The translations under genes were made by a program, and so were the position numbers. From an uncultured delta proteobacterium (lineage in GTDB: Bacteria; Desulfobacterota; Binatia; DP-6), in assembly GCA_963811605.1 (NCBI GenBank), contig CAWESA010000006.1, positions 837 through 64,836 on the forward strand: 64,000 nucleotides of DNA. The letters run 5' to 3'. Within the stretch, counting starts at the first letter, position 1, and each line of letters starts with the position of its first letter. Below are positions 28,889 to 38,839 of the stretch, piece after piece. A model generated the notes under the pieces. It worked only from the letters and a program-made list of their open reading frames with translations. It was not told the origin of the DNA and made no database searches.

Positions 28889-29067
28889 CTGGGGTTTGAT
28901 GCACTGGCGCGTGGAGTCGATACAAGTCGGCCGTTCGCGCACTCCGAGCTGGCTGCGAATCGGGTGCGTGGGCGCGGCCGCGGCGCTGGCTGCCGGATGG
29001 CGGGCGACTTCCCGCCGCGCGCCGGCGGATGCTTGACCTCGCGCGGACACCTGGGGCACGGAGGCGC

Positions 29068-30132
29068 ATGTCCTACCGAGTGATCCAGTGGAGCACCGGC
29101 AACGTCGGCAAGCTCGCGCTGCGCGGCATCATCAACCATCCCGACCTCGAGCTCGTCGGCCTGTGGGTGCACGGCGCCGACAAGGTGGGCCGCGACGCCG
29201 GCGATCTGTGCGGGCTCGGACGGACGGTCGGCGTGACCGCGACCAGCGACGCGGCCGCACTCCTCGCCCTCGATGCCGACTGCGTGTCGTACACGGCGAC
29301 CGCCGACATCCGGCTGCCGGAGGCGGTCGACGACCTCTGCCGCATCCTCGAGGCGGGAAAGAACGTCGTCTCCACATCGGTCGTGCCGCTGGTCTTTCCG
29401 CCGGGCGCGCCCGCGGAGATCGTCGCTCGGCTCGAGGCGGCGTGCCGGAAGGGTGGCACGTCGTGCTTCACCTCCGGCATCGACCCGGGCTTCGCAAACG
29501 ACGCACTGCCGATCATGCTGCTGAGCGCCTGCGAGCGCGTGGACTCGGTGCGCGTGATGGAGATCCTCGACTACGCCACCTACGACCAGCCCACGGTCCT
29601 CTTCGACACCATGGGCTTCGCGAAGCCGCTCGACCACACGCCGTTGCTGCTCATTCCCGGCATCCTCACGCTGGCCTGGGGTCCGGTCGTGCACGCGATC
29701 GCGGCCGCCCTCGGCACCGAGGTGGACGAGATCCGCGAGACGTACGACCGCCGCGCCACCGACACGGCCTTCACCGTGCCGTCTGGTCCCGTGCCCGCGG
29801 GCACCGCGGCCGCGCTGCGCTTCGAGGTGCAGGGCATCGTGCGCGGCCGGCCCGCGATCATTCTCGAGCACGTGACCCGCCTCCGTCCCGAGCTCGTGCC
29901 GGAGTGGCCGCAGCCCGCCGGCGGCGGCTGCTATCGCGTGATCATCGAGGGCTCGCCGTCGATGATCTGCGATCTCCAGCTGCTCGGCGAGGACGGCGAC
30001 CACAACACCGGCGGCCTCGTCGCCACCGCGATGCGCATCCTGAACGCGGTCCCGGCCGTGTGCGCGGCGAAGCCCGGCCTGCTGGCGGCGCAGGACCTGC
30101 CCTTCTACAGCGCCCGCGGCCTGCTCGCCTGA
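29068..30132 (+). CDS. NAD(P)-dependent amine dehydrogenase / dihydrodipicolinate-reductase-like oxidoreductase
   Basis: YRVIQWSTGNVG Rossmann start, KVGRDAG, AGKNVVS, SGIDPGF, NAVPAVC. Confidence 0.8.
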   Translation: MSYRVIQWSTGNVGKLALRGIINHPDLELVGLWVHGADKVGRDAGDLCGLGRTVGVTATSDAAALLALDADCVSYTATADIRLPEAVDDLCRILEAGKNVVSTSVVPLVFPPGAPAEIVARLEAACRKGGTSCFTSGIDPGFANDALPIMLLSACERVDSVRVMEILDYATYDQPTVLFDTMGFAKPLDHTPLLLIPGILTLAWGPVVHAIAAALGTEVDEIRETYDRRATDTAFTVPSGPVPAGTAAALRFEVQGIVRGRPAIILEHVTRLRPELVPEWPQPAGGGCYRVIIEGSPSMICDLQLLGEDGDHNTGGLVATAMRILNAVPAVCAAKPGLLAAQDLPFYSARGLLA

Positions 30133-30203
30133 GGGCACCTCCGGGCCCGGTATCGCCCGTGTCCCTCCCCCGGGCTCCGGCGGCGGCTGGCGAGATGCTT
30201 CGC

Positions 30204-33200
30204 CTAGTTCTCGAGCTCCCGGCGCGCCGCGGCCGCGCGCTTGCTCTGGCCCGACTGGTTCATGTGGTCGAGGTCGTGCGGCAGGTAGTCCTGGTCGGGT
30301 ATCATCGGCGTGCAGAAGTCGATCAGCTGCTCGCCCGGGAACTCGTGGCGCAGCCGGTTGTCGAGCTGTGCCACCAGCTCGTTCGTCTGGGTGGGGCCCG
30401 TGGTGCCCTGGGGAGGCGTGAGGGCGATGAAGGTCTTCACCTGGCTCGCCGCGGCGCTGGTGACCATGGAGCGGTAGGCGAGCACGATGGCCTCGAGCGG
30501 AGGCGGGACGCCGTAGAGCTGGCCCGCCTCGACCATGAGCGGGATGTCGGCCGTCCCGAACGCCAGGACCACGGCATCGGGCGCATCGAGCGCGAGCGCG
30601 CTGGCGAGCTGGGTCGGGCCGTCGGGAGGCGCCGGGGCATCCTGCGGGTACACGGTCGCGGACGGCGCGGCCCGATTCCGTGTTCGCCAGGTCGGTCGCG
30701 TGACGAGGTCGTCGAGGCCGTCGCACCAGAAGCGCAGCGGCGAGCCGGGCGACTGGGTATTCTCGTCCCCGAGGCACGACGTCGTGATCAGGCCGTCGCC
30801 GTTGATGTCGGTCAGGATGGGCTCGACGCGAATCCCGCCGTGCGCCACCTGGAGCTCGAGGGTGTTGCTCGAGGTCGCGAGAAAGGGCAGCGAGTCCCGC
30901 ACCGCGACGGCGTTCGCCTTGTCGCCGGTCGACAGGGTCGCACGCACCACCGGCGTGGCGGGCGTGGAGACATCGATCACGCGCAGGCCCTGCGCGGACT
31001 GCCTGGTGCTGACGAACGCCCGCCCGCCGTACACCGCGACGCCGCTGTTGTCGGTGCCGAGATTGAGCGAGGACACCAGCTGCAACCCCCCACCGTACGG
31101 GCTGTTCAGCACGAAGAAGTCCGCGGCGGAGCCGGCGTTGTACGTGATCCCCACGGTGACTCCGGCATGGTAGGCGATGCCTCGCCCGGGGTTGTTGCCG
31201 GAGACGTTGTACGCGGAGCGCTCGGCGGGGGCGTTCGGCTTGGAGACGTCGAGGACCAGGAACTCCTTGGTCGAGCTGGCCGTCGCGAGATAGGCGAAGT
31301 CCCCGGCCACGTCGATGTCGTTGACGCTGGCCCCGATCTCGTAGGTTCCGAGGAGCTTGATCGCCGCGGGATTCGCCGCGTCGATGACGAAGAGCTCGGG
31401 CCCCGAGCTGCTCGCGGTCCCCAGATAGACGCGCGTGCCCACGACGGCGAGCGCCAGCGCGTCACTCCCGCCGGGCGAGTCGTACGCGCCGACGAGCTTC
31501 GGCGCGGTCTTCGTGCTCACGTCCAGCACGACGAGCTCCCGGTTGTTCTGGCGCGTCCCCAGGTAGGCGCGTGACCCCTCGACGCGCACGCGGGTCACGT
31601 CCGCCGCGACGTCGTAGCCGCCGACGAAGACCGGGCGCGTGGGATCGGCGATGCTCACGATGCTGAGCTCGGGCGACTTGTCCCCGGTGTTGTCGGTTGC
31701 GACGTAGGCGTAGTCGCCCTGGATGGCGACGTCCTGCGCGTCGGCATTGCTGGTCGCATTGAAGCTGCCGATCACGTGCGCAATCCCGTTCTGGGGACAG
31801 GTCGTGGAGGCGGCTTCCAGCGCACAGGCGGCGTTGCAGCAGTCTCCGCTCACCGCATTGCCGTCGTCGCACTGCTCGCCCGGGTCGACCAGACCGTTGC
31901 CGCAACGCGACGTGGTGTAGCCCACGAAGTCCAGCGGTCGCGACGGGGTGGCGCTCACCCCTTCGACGAATACCGGGTTGCCGTCCAGCGGGAGCGCCAC
32001 CTCGCCCACGCTCGACGTCAGCGTGGTGGCGTTGCTCATGAGATCCGTCACCGTCACGCTCCCCGTGCCGGCCGGCACCTTGACGACCACCTTGCGCCCG
32101 GGCGTCGATCCCCAGACATCGACCCCCGGCGTGCCCTCGCGCAGCACGGCGATGACCGTGCGGCCTGCCCGGTCGAAGACGTAGCCGATGAGCGTGCCGT
32201 CGGTGCGCACCTGGAACGAGCGCACGAAGTCGGCGGGGCCCACCAGATCGCTCAGTGTCCGCATCGCCACCGCGAGCGGCTTCGGCGTGTAGTCCATGTG
32301 GACCGGGTACTCGCCGAACTCCCTGAAGCCCGCGACGTCGTCGAAGTCGTAGATGATGTGGTAGATGAAGTGCAGGAGACGCGATGCCCCGGCGGCGCGA
32401 CTCCGGAACCAGACGGGCAGCATGTCCTTGCCCGGGCGATAGGGGTTGAGCGACCGGCCGTACGCCTCGGTGTTCCAGAGCGCCTTGGCGGAGAGGCCGC
32501 TGGTCTGGAGGAGCGTGCGCGCCCCGGCGACCTCCGGCCCGTCGGCGTAGTGGTACCCGAAGGCGTCGAACGTGTTCCCCGCCGGCGGGAAGAAGGCCGA
32601 CGGAAAGGTCGTGCTGCTCGCATTCGCCAGGTTCAGGATCACCCGGTTGGCAGGGTCGGTCGACCGCAGCGCGCTCGACGCGATCTGCGCCACCTGTGCG
32701 AAACGCTGGCCGGCGAGCGTGCGCTGGTTCGCCGCGCTCAGCGTCGGCTCGAAGAAGAGCGACGAGTCGGGCTCGTTCCACAGCTCCCAGTGGCGGATCC
32801 GGCCGGCGAAGCGCGCCGCCATCGTCCTGACGTAGCGATCCCAGTCGCCCGTCTGCGGCGACGCGAGCCGCCAGTACGGCCCCAGGCCGGCGTCGGTGGT
32901 GTTGTTCGGATCGGACGATGCCCACCGCGCAGAGCCGAAGAGCTGCGCCACGACCTGCACCCCGTGCGCCCGGAGGGCATCCACCCAGACGTCGAACGCC
33001 GCCGTGTCGAGCCACGCGGGATCGGTGACGTCCGGGCGGGCAGCCCGCGCGTCGAGCGCCCACTCCTGATGCCCCATGCGTACCCACTTGATGCCCAGGT
33101 CCTGGAGCTGCTGGGCGACGTCGTCGGCGAGCGCCAGCTCCGAAGGGTCGGGCAGGAGGTAGTAGCCGACCGCTGACCGGTCGTCGAAGTCCGGCGTGGG

Positions 33201-33578
33201 AGGAGGCGGGACCACGCCGATGGTGGTCTCCGCCTGCCAGGCGGGCGGCGAGGTGCGCAGCGGCACGAGCGCACTGGTCGTCACGTCGTAGACGCCGTTC
33301 AGCGCGCCCGTGATCTGGTACCGCTCGCTGACCGACGCGGTGGCCGGGGCCGTGAAGGGACGCTCGTCCTGCAGGACGAGCCGTCCATACGGGTCCCGCA
33401 CCTCGGTCACGAGCCACCCGGAGAAGCCGAAGCTGCCGGACGTCACGCTGACGGCGAAGTCCTTGACGTCGGCGCTGTGGAACAGGTTGCCGAACTTCGC
33501 GGTGCCGATGGTGACCCCGGCCCCTGCCTGCCCGACCGACAGCGCGACCCCGAGGAGTGCGCTCACGAATCCTCGCAT
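30204..33578 (-). CDS. Secreted multidomain protein: clan GH-A (GH39/GH5-like) TIM barrel + DUF4215 Cys repeat + LVIVD repeats + degenerate SGNH domain
   Basis: Signal peptide; WELWNEPD and LWNTEAYG; CGNGLVDPGEQCDDGN..GDCCNAAC; repeated L.IVSIADPT.P / VIDVS.P..P units; CLGDENT...FGTAD...DLDH. Confidence 0.8.
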   Translation of the reverse strand: MRGFVSALLGVALSVGQAGAGVTIGTAKFGNLFHSADVKDFAVSVTSGSFGFSGWLVTEVRDPYGRLVLQDERPFTAPATASVSERYQITGALNGVYDVTTSALVPLRTSPPAWQAETTIGVVPPPPTPDFDDRSAVGYYLLPDPSELALADDVAQQLQDLGIKWVRMGHQEWALDARAARPDVTDPAWLDTAAFDVWVDALRAHGVQVVAQLFGSARWASSDPNNTTDAGLGPYWRLASPQTGDWDRYVRTMAARFAGRIRHWELWNEPDSSLFFEPTLSAANQRTLAGQRFAQVAQIASSALRSTDPANRVILNLANASSTTFPSAFFPPAGNTFDAFGYHYADGPEVAGARTLLQTSGLSAKALWNTEAYGRSLNPYRPGKDMLPVWFRSRAAGASRLLHFIYHIIYDFDDVAGFREFGEYPVHMDYTPKPLAVAMRTLSDLVGPADFVRSFQVRTDGTLIGYVFDRAGRTVIAVLREGTPGVDVWGSTPGRKVVVKVPAGTGSVTVTDLMSNATTLTSSVGEVALPLDGNPVFVEGVSATPSRPLDFVGYTTSRCGNGLVDPGEQCDDGNAVSGDCCNAACALEAASTTCPQNGIAHVIGSFNATSNADAQDVAIQGDYAYVATDNTGDKSPELSIVSIADPTRPVFVGGYDVAADVTRVRVEGSRAYLGTRQNNRELVVLDVSTKTAPKLVGAYDSPGGSDALALAVVGTRVYLGTASSSGPELFVIDAANPAAIKLLGTYEIGASVNDIDVAGDFAYLATASSTKEFLVLDVSKPNAPAERSAYNVSGNNPGRGIAYHAGVTVGITYNAGSAADFFVLNSPYGGGLQLVSSLNLGTDNSGVAVYGGRAFVSTRQSAQGLRVIDVSTPATPVVRATLSTGDKANAVAVRDSLPFLATSSNTLELQVAHGGIRVEPILTDINGDGLITTSCLGDENTQSPGSPLRFWCDGLDDLVTRPTWRTRNRAAPSATVYPQDAPAPPDGPTQLASALALDAPDAVVLAFGTADIPLMVEAGQLYGVPPPLEAIVLAYRSMVTSAAASQVKTFIALTPPQGTTGPTQTNELVAQLDNRLRHEFPGEQLIDFCTPMIPDQDYLPHDLDHMNQSGQSKRAAAARRELEN

Positions 33579-33615
33579 GGTGACCTCCGGGGCGGCCGGT
33601 GCTCGCCATCCGAGG

Positions 33616-33673
33616 CGCCGCCCTCACACGAGAGGCGTGCGCGGGGGCGTCACGACGTGAACGCCGCCCTCAC
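33616..33673. repeat. 12-bp direct repeat CGCCGCCCTCAC x2
   Basis: Exact copies at 33616-33627 and 33662-33673, upstream of the 1124-aa gene. Confidence 0.6.
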
Positions 33674-33822
33674 GAGGTGGCTCGGTGGGTGATTCGTGTC
33701 ATAGGGATACAGATAGACAGCGCGCCACCTGGCGCATGGAGAGCCCGTCGGGGCCGGGGGGTGGCCATGGGCCCTCCCCCGGGGAGTCGCGGCCCCCCGG
33801 TGCCGCTCCACGCACCGGCGGC

Positions 33823-34728
33823 TCAGACGGACCAGGTCGTCGGGCGGTCGGGGTCCGGGAGGTAGACGCAATGCACGCCGGTCCGGATGCGCAGCCGGAG
33901 CTCGTCCCCGAGGGCCGGCAACGCGGCGTGCACGCGCTTGAGGGCCGTCCGGATGGCCTGGGTGACCGTGGATCGTGCCCGCTCGGCCGCGTCGGCCGCG
34001 CGACGATCGCGGCCGCCGAGCCCGACAGCCGCCGCCAGCTGCTCGGTCAGCGCCTCCCGCTCGGCATGGACCCGCGCCGCCCGGCCGTCGTCTCCGAGCC
34101 GTTCGGCCTCCGCGAGCTCGCTCTGCAGGTCGCTGAGCCGTTGCCGGTACGCCGCCTTGGCGGGAGCGTCGAGAACCTCGACGCCATGGGCCGCCGGCGG
34201 CTGCATCCAGCAGCCGGCCGTGGCCAGGTCGAGGACGTGGAACTCCCGTCCGGGATCACGCAGGAGCCGCGCGATGTAGTGCAGCCCTCGCACGTCGCGG
34301 ATCCGCCGCACCTCGCCCCGCCAGGCGATGGTCCAGTACTCCCCCTCCGGCTTGAGGACGCCCGCCGCGCCCGTGGCCGCTCCGCGCTCCTCCGCGCGGC
34401 AGACGTCGGGACCCACGTCGGGCGGCGCGGGGGTGCGCCGCGCGAGGGCGTCGACGAGGAAGGCGAGCTCGGCCAGCGTCTTGGTGAGCAGATGCAGGAC
34501 GTCCCGCTCGCCGGTCGGCTCGCCGCCACCGGAGGACCTGCGGCTGAGCGCGCCGAGATCGCGGAGCAGCTGGAGCGTCGGGGCCGACCAGGGCTCGGCG
34601 GCGGCGTCGGGCCGCGCCCCCGCCGAGCGTCCCGGCGGCTCGCGACCGTCCTTGCCGCCAGTCGCGTCGGCCGGCGCGCCAGCCACGGAGGCGCGGTTGC
34701 GGTGCGCGTCCGGATCGTTCTCGATCAT
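33823..34728 (-). CDS. Putative transcriptional-regulator domain normally found at the C-terminus of large AAA/TPR proteins, here stand-alone
   Basis: EGEYWTIAW.G..GLHYIARLL..PGREFHVLDL, LDAPAKAAYRQRL, ERARSTVT.AIR.A, IRTG..CVY.PDP; low-complexity N-terminus. Confidence 0.7.
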   Translation of the reverse strand: MIENDPDAHRNRASVAGAPADATGGKDGREPPGRSAGARPDAAAEPWSAPTLQLLRDLGALSRRSSGGGEPTGERDVLHLLTKTLAELAFLVDALARRTPAPPDVGPDVCRAEERGAATGAAGVLKPEGEYWTIAWRGEVRRIRDVRGLHYIARLLRDPGREFHVLDLATAGCWMQPPAAHGVEVLDAPAKAAYRQRLSDLQSELAEAERLGDDGRAARVHAEREALTEQLAAAVGLGGRDRRAADAAERARSTVTQAIRTALKRVHAALPALGDELRLRIRTGVHCVYLPDPDRPTTWSV

Positions 34729-34977
34729 GATGGTGCGCGCGTTCCGTGCCCGCGTAGTGGCCGCGGCGGCCACTCGACGACCGCGGCGGACGGCCAGCCG
34801 GCAGAGGCGAAGGCTCGCGATCCCGAGCCCGGCCGCCGACCTGTACATGCGTTCACGGCGATTCGCTCCCCCGGGGCGCCCCTCGGAGGGCGCACCCCAC
34901 TACCTGTCTATCCTCCTGGAATGGCTGTGGGAAGTCCAGGGCAATTTGGGCCGCCCCGGTCCGCGGGCGCCGCGTGC

Positions 34978-37050
34978 CTAGGCGGCGCGGGCGAGCCCGG
35001 CCTGCCGCAGCAGCGCGGCGGTGCTGGGCTCGCGGCCGCGGAAGGCCCTGAACACGTCCATGGGATCCCGGCTGCCGCCGAGGGCCAGCACCGTGTCGCG
35101 GAAGCGCCGGCCGGTGGCGGAGACGGCGGCGGGGTCGTCCAGGCCCGCCTCCTCGAACGCGGAGAACGCGTCGGCAGACAGCACCTCCGCCCACTTGTAG
35201 CTGTAGTACCCCGCCGCGTAGCCGCCGGCGAAGATGTGCGTGAAGCCGCACAGGAAGCGGTCCTCGGGCAGGGGCGGCAGGACGGTGGTGCGGGCCGCGA
35301 CGCGCCGCTGGATGTCGAACACCGATTCGTCACCGCCGGGAGCCCAGCGATGATGGAGCTCGAGGTCCAGGGTGGCGAGGTAGATCTGACGCAGCGTGTC
35401 CGAGCCGGCGCGAAAGGTGCGGGCGGCCACCAGCTTGCGGTAGAGCTCCTCGGGCAGGGGCTCTCCGCCGTCGACGTGGCGGGAGAGGCCGAGCAGCGTC
35501 TCGCGGTGATAGCACCAGTTCTCCATGAACTGGCTGGGCAGCTCGACGGCGTCCCACTCGACGTTGCGGATGCCGGCGGCGAGCGGACGCTCGACGGTCG
35601 TCAGCATGTGCTGAAGGCCGTGGCCGAACTCGTGGAAGAGCGTGTGCACCTCGTCGAACGTCATGCACGACGGCCGATCGCCGACGGGCGGCACCTGGTT
35701 GCAGACCAGGTAGGCGATCGGCAGGCGACCCGGGGCGCGGCCGACACACTCGTCCATCCAGGCGCCGCCGCGCTTCTCGGCCGGGCGGCTGTACGGGTCG
35801 AGATAGAAGGCGGCGACGGGAGTGCCGGCGCCGTCCTCGATGCGGAAGAAACGGACGTCGGGATGCCACACGGGCGCTTCGCCGTCGGCGGGTCGCACGC
35901 GCACCCCGAAGAGTCTCCCGGCGAGCGCGAAGAGCCCGTCGAGCACGCGTGGCAACGGGAAGTAGGGGCGCAGCGCCTCGTCGCTGTACGCGAAGCGCTT
36001 CTCGCGCAGGCGCTCGGCCCAGAACGCGACGTCCCAGTTGCGGAGCTCGGCCGCCTCGGGCGCGCCGGCCTCGCGCGCGAGCGTGCGCAGCTCGTCGAGG
36101 TCGCGCGTGGCGGCGTCGAACGACGCCTCGCGCAGCTCCTCGAGCAGGCGCGCGACCGCGGGGACGTCGGGCGCCATCTTCGTCGCGAGGCTGAGCTCCG
36201 CATAGCTGCCGAAGCCGAGGAGCGCCGCCTGCTCGCGGCGCAGGCCGAGAATGCGATCGAGCAGCGGCGTGTTGTCGTGCTCGCCCGTGCTCGCGCGCGT
36301 GACGAAGGCGCGGTAGAGCTGCTCCCGCAGGTCGCGCCGCCGGCCGTGCTGCATGAAGGGCACGTAGGCCGGCGCGTCCAGCGTGATGCGCCAGGGCCCC
36401 GCGTCGGCCGTCGCCCCCTCGTCCCCTGCCTGCCGGGCCGCCTGCGCCGCCAGCTCGAGCAGGCTCCGTGGCAGCCCGTCGATCTCCTCGCGCGCGCGGA
36501 GCGTGAGTGAGAAGGCCTTGGTCGCATCGAGCACGTTGTTGCTGAACCGCGTCGACAGCTCGGCGAGCTCGGTCTGGATGGTGTTGAAGCGCGCCTGCGC
36601 GTGGCCCTCGAGCCCGACGCCGCCCAGCTCCGCGTCGCGCACCAGCGCCTCGACGATGCGGCGCTGCGCGCCGTCGAGCGTGGCCCACGCGTCCGCGGTC
36701 CGGAGCTCCTTCAGGGCCCGGTAGATGGGCTTGCTCTGTCCGAGACGGATGAAGAAGGCGACCACCTCCGGCTGCATGGTCGCGTGCGCCTCGCGCAGGG
36801 CGTCGCTGTTGCGCACCGCCATGAGGTGGCCGACCGTGCCCCAGGCGAGGCCCAGGCGGTCCGTGATCCGCGTGATCGGCTCGACGACCGCATCCCACGA
36901 TGGAGCGGCCCCGGCTTCGAGCCGGTCGAGGTCGAGGCGCACGTGGTGCAGCAGGGCGCGCAGCGCCGGGACCACGTGCTCGGGCCGGATGTCCTCGAAG
37001 TGCGGCGGCGCCTCGGGGTCGAGGAGGGGATTGGGCTCGATGTCGGTCAC
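34978..37050 (-). CDS. prlC: Oligopeptidase A (M3A metallopeptidase)
   Basis: NPLL start, KRGGAWM, HEFGHGLQH zinc motif, VELPSQFMEN, YAAGYYSYKWAEVL, GGS..P...F..FRGREP. Confidence 0.93.
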   Translation of the reverse strand: MTDIEPNPLLDPEAPPHFEDIRPEHVVPALRALLHHVRLDLDRLEAGAAPSWDAVVEPITRITDRLGLAWGTVGHLMAVRNSDALREAHATMQPEVVAFFIRLGQSKPIYRALKELRTADAWATLDGAQRRIVEALVRDAELGGVGLEGHAQARFNTIQTELAELSTRFSNNVLDATKAFSLTLRAREEIDGLPRSLLELAAQAARQAGDEGATADAGPWRITLDAPAYVPFMQHGRRRDLREQLYRAFVTRASTGEHDNTPLLDRILGLRREQAALLGFGSYAELSLATKMAPDVPAVARLLEELREASFDAATRDLDELRTLAREAGAPEAAELRNWDVAFWAERLREKRFAYSDEALRPYFPLPRVLDGLFALAGRLFGVRVRPADGEAPVWHPDVRFFRIEDGAGTPVAAFYLDPYSRPAEKRGGAWMDECVGRAPGRLPIAYLVCNQVPPVGDRPSCMTFDEVHTLFHEFGHGLQHMLTTVERPLAAGIRNVEWDAVELPSQFMENWCYHRETLLGLSRHVDGGEPLPEELYRKLVAARTFRAGSDTLRQIYLATLDLELHHRWAPGGDESVFDIQRRVAARTTVLPPLPEDRFLCGFTHIFAGGYAAGYYSYKWAEVLSADAFSAFEEAGLDDPAAVSATGRRFRDTVLALGGSRDPMDVFRAFRGREPSTAALLRQAGLARAA

Positions 37051-37261
37051 GGGGCGGATGTACCATCGGCGCCGACCCCGGGCGACCCTTCGCGCGTGCC
37101 CGGCACGGGCGAAGCCCACCCCGCCGGCGCCGCGGCGGCACGTTGCGCGACCACCGCTGCCGCTGTAGCGCGACCGGGCGCTGGTCGACGCGCACGTGCA
37201 CCTCCTGCCGGATGCCGCACGTCTGCTCGCGCCCTGAGCGCGTTTCGGTGTAGGCGAGCGG

Positions 37262-38794
37262 ATGCCGTCCGTCCCGTGGTGGCGCTCCGGCGTCGTGTAC
37301 CAGATCTATCCGCGCTCGTTCGCGGACACGGACGGGGACGGCGTGGGTGATCTCGAGGGCGTCCGCCAGCACCTCGACCACCTGGTCTGGCTCGGCGTCG
37401 ACGCGGTCTGGCTGTCGCCCATCTTTCGCTCGCCGATGGCCGATTTCGGCTACGACGTGAGCGACTACTGCGACGTCGACCCGCTCTTCGGCTCCCTGGC
37501 CGATCTGGACCGGCTGGTGGCCGAGGCCCACGCGCGCGGGGTGCGCGTGCTGCTCGACTGGGTGCCGAACCACACGTCGGATCGGCACCCGTGGTTCGTC
37601 GAGTCGCGGCGGTCGCGCACCAGCTCCCACCGGGACTGGTACGTGTGGCGCGATCCGGCCGGCGGGGGCGGTCCCCCGAACAACTGGATGGCGGCGTTCC
37701 CGCCCGAGACGCGTGCCTGGACGCTCGATCCGGCGACCGGCCAGTACTACCTGCACTGCTTCCTGCCCTCGCAGCCCGATCTCGACTGGTCGAACCCCGC
37801 CGTCGTCGCGGCCATGCACGACGTCCTGCGCTTCTGGCTCGACCGGGGCATCGACGGCTTCCGCGTCGACGTCGTGCACTGCCTCGGCAAGGACCCGGCG
37901 CTGCCTGATGATCCACCCGATCTGGCCGCGCTGCCGCACGCGGCCATCAACGATCACCCCTCGACGCACGTCGCGCTCCGTGGGCTGCGCCGTCTCGTCG
38001 ACACGTATCCCGGAGATCGCATGCTCGTCGGGGAGGTGTTCCAGCTCTTCCAGCCCGACGTCACGCGCTACTACGGGCGCGGCGACGAGCTCCACCTGGC
38101 GTTCGATCTACCGGCGACCCTGTACACGCCGTGGGAGGCCCGCGCCTGGCGCGAGCGCACGGCGTCCGTCCTGGCGGCGCACGGCGCCGCGGGGGCGTGG
38201 CCGACCGTGGTCCTGTCGAATCACGATACCCCCCGGCATCGCACGCGCCTCGGGTCGGAGGCGCGCGCGCGTGCGGCGGCGGTCCTCCTGCTCACGTTGC
38301 CAGGCACGCCGTTCCTCTACGCCGGCGAGGAGCTCGGCCTGGAGGACGCCTTCGTGGCGCGCGAGCGCCGCGTCGATCCCGGAGGTCGGGACGGCTGCCG
38401 CGCGCCCCTGCCGTGGGACGGATCGCCCCGGCATGGATGGGCCGGCGAGCCATGGCTTCCCTGGCCGCCCGACGCCGGCGCGCGCTCCCTGGCGACCTTG
38501 CGGGACGATCCGTCTTCCATCCTGCACCTCTACCGCCGCTTGCTGGTGGCGAGGCGCTCGTCGCCCGCGCTGCGCGGTGGCGGCTGGAGCGCGCGCGACG
38601 CGCCGCCGGACGTGCTGGCGTACGAGCGCGTTGCCGACACCGACAGGCGGCTCGTGCTGGTGAACTTCGGCAGCGCGCCGGCCAGGATCGCAGTCGGGGG
38701 ACGGGTGGCGGTGGCGAGCGACGGCGCCGGCGAAGGCGACGTCTTTGCAGGCGTGCTCGGGCCGGATGCGGCCGTGATCCTGCAGCCCGAGTAG
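37262..38794 (+). CDS. GH13 alpha-glucosidase / alpha-amylase-family protein
   Basis: YQIYPRSFAD, GYDVSDY, DWVPNHTS, GFRVDV, GEV, SNHD, RDGCR. Confidence 0.92.
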   Translation: MPSVPWWRSGVVYQIYPRSFADTDGDGVGDLEGVRQHLDHLVWLGVDAVWLSPIFRSPMADFGYDVSDYCDVDPLFGSLADLDRLVAEAHARGVRVLLDWVPNHTSDRHPWFVESRRSRTSSHRDWYVWRDPAGGGGPPNNWMAAFPPETRAWTLDPATGQYYLHCFLPSQPDLDWSNPAVVAAMHDVLRFWLDRGIDGFRVDVVHCLGKDPALPDDPPDLAALPHAAINDHPSTHVALRGLRRLVDTYPGDRMLVGEVFQLFQPDVTRYYGRGDELHLAFDLPATLYTPWEARAWRERTASVLAAHGAAGAWPTVVLSNHDTPRHRTRLGSEARARAAAVLLLTLPGTPFLYAGEELGLEDAFVARERRVDPGGRDGCRAPLPWDGSPRHGWAGEPWLPWPPDAGARSLATLRDDPSSILHLYRRLLVARRSSPALRGGGWSARDAPPDVLAYERVADTDRRLVLVNFGSAPARIAVGGRVAVASDGAGEGDVFAGVLGPDAAVILQPE

Positions 38795-38839
38795 CAGCGC
38801 GACGCTGCGGCCGGAGCCCCGGGCGGCGTGTGCGCCGAC

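Noticed and set aside
33712-34912. 9-bp inverted match GATAGACAG / CTGTCTATC flanking the stand-alone regulator as mobile-element ends
   Set aside because: Too short, with no transposase or target duplication; may be chance.
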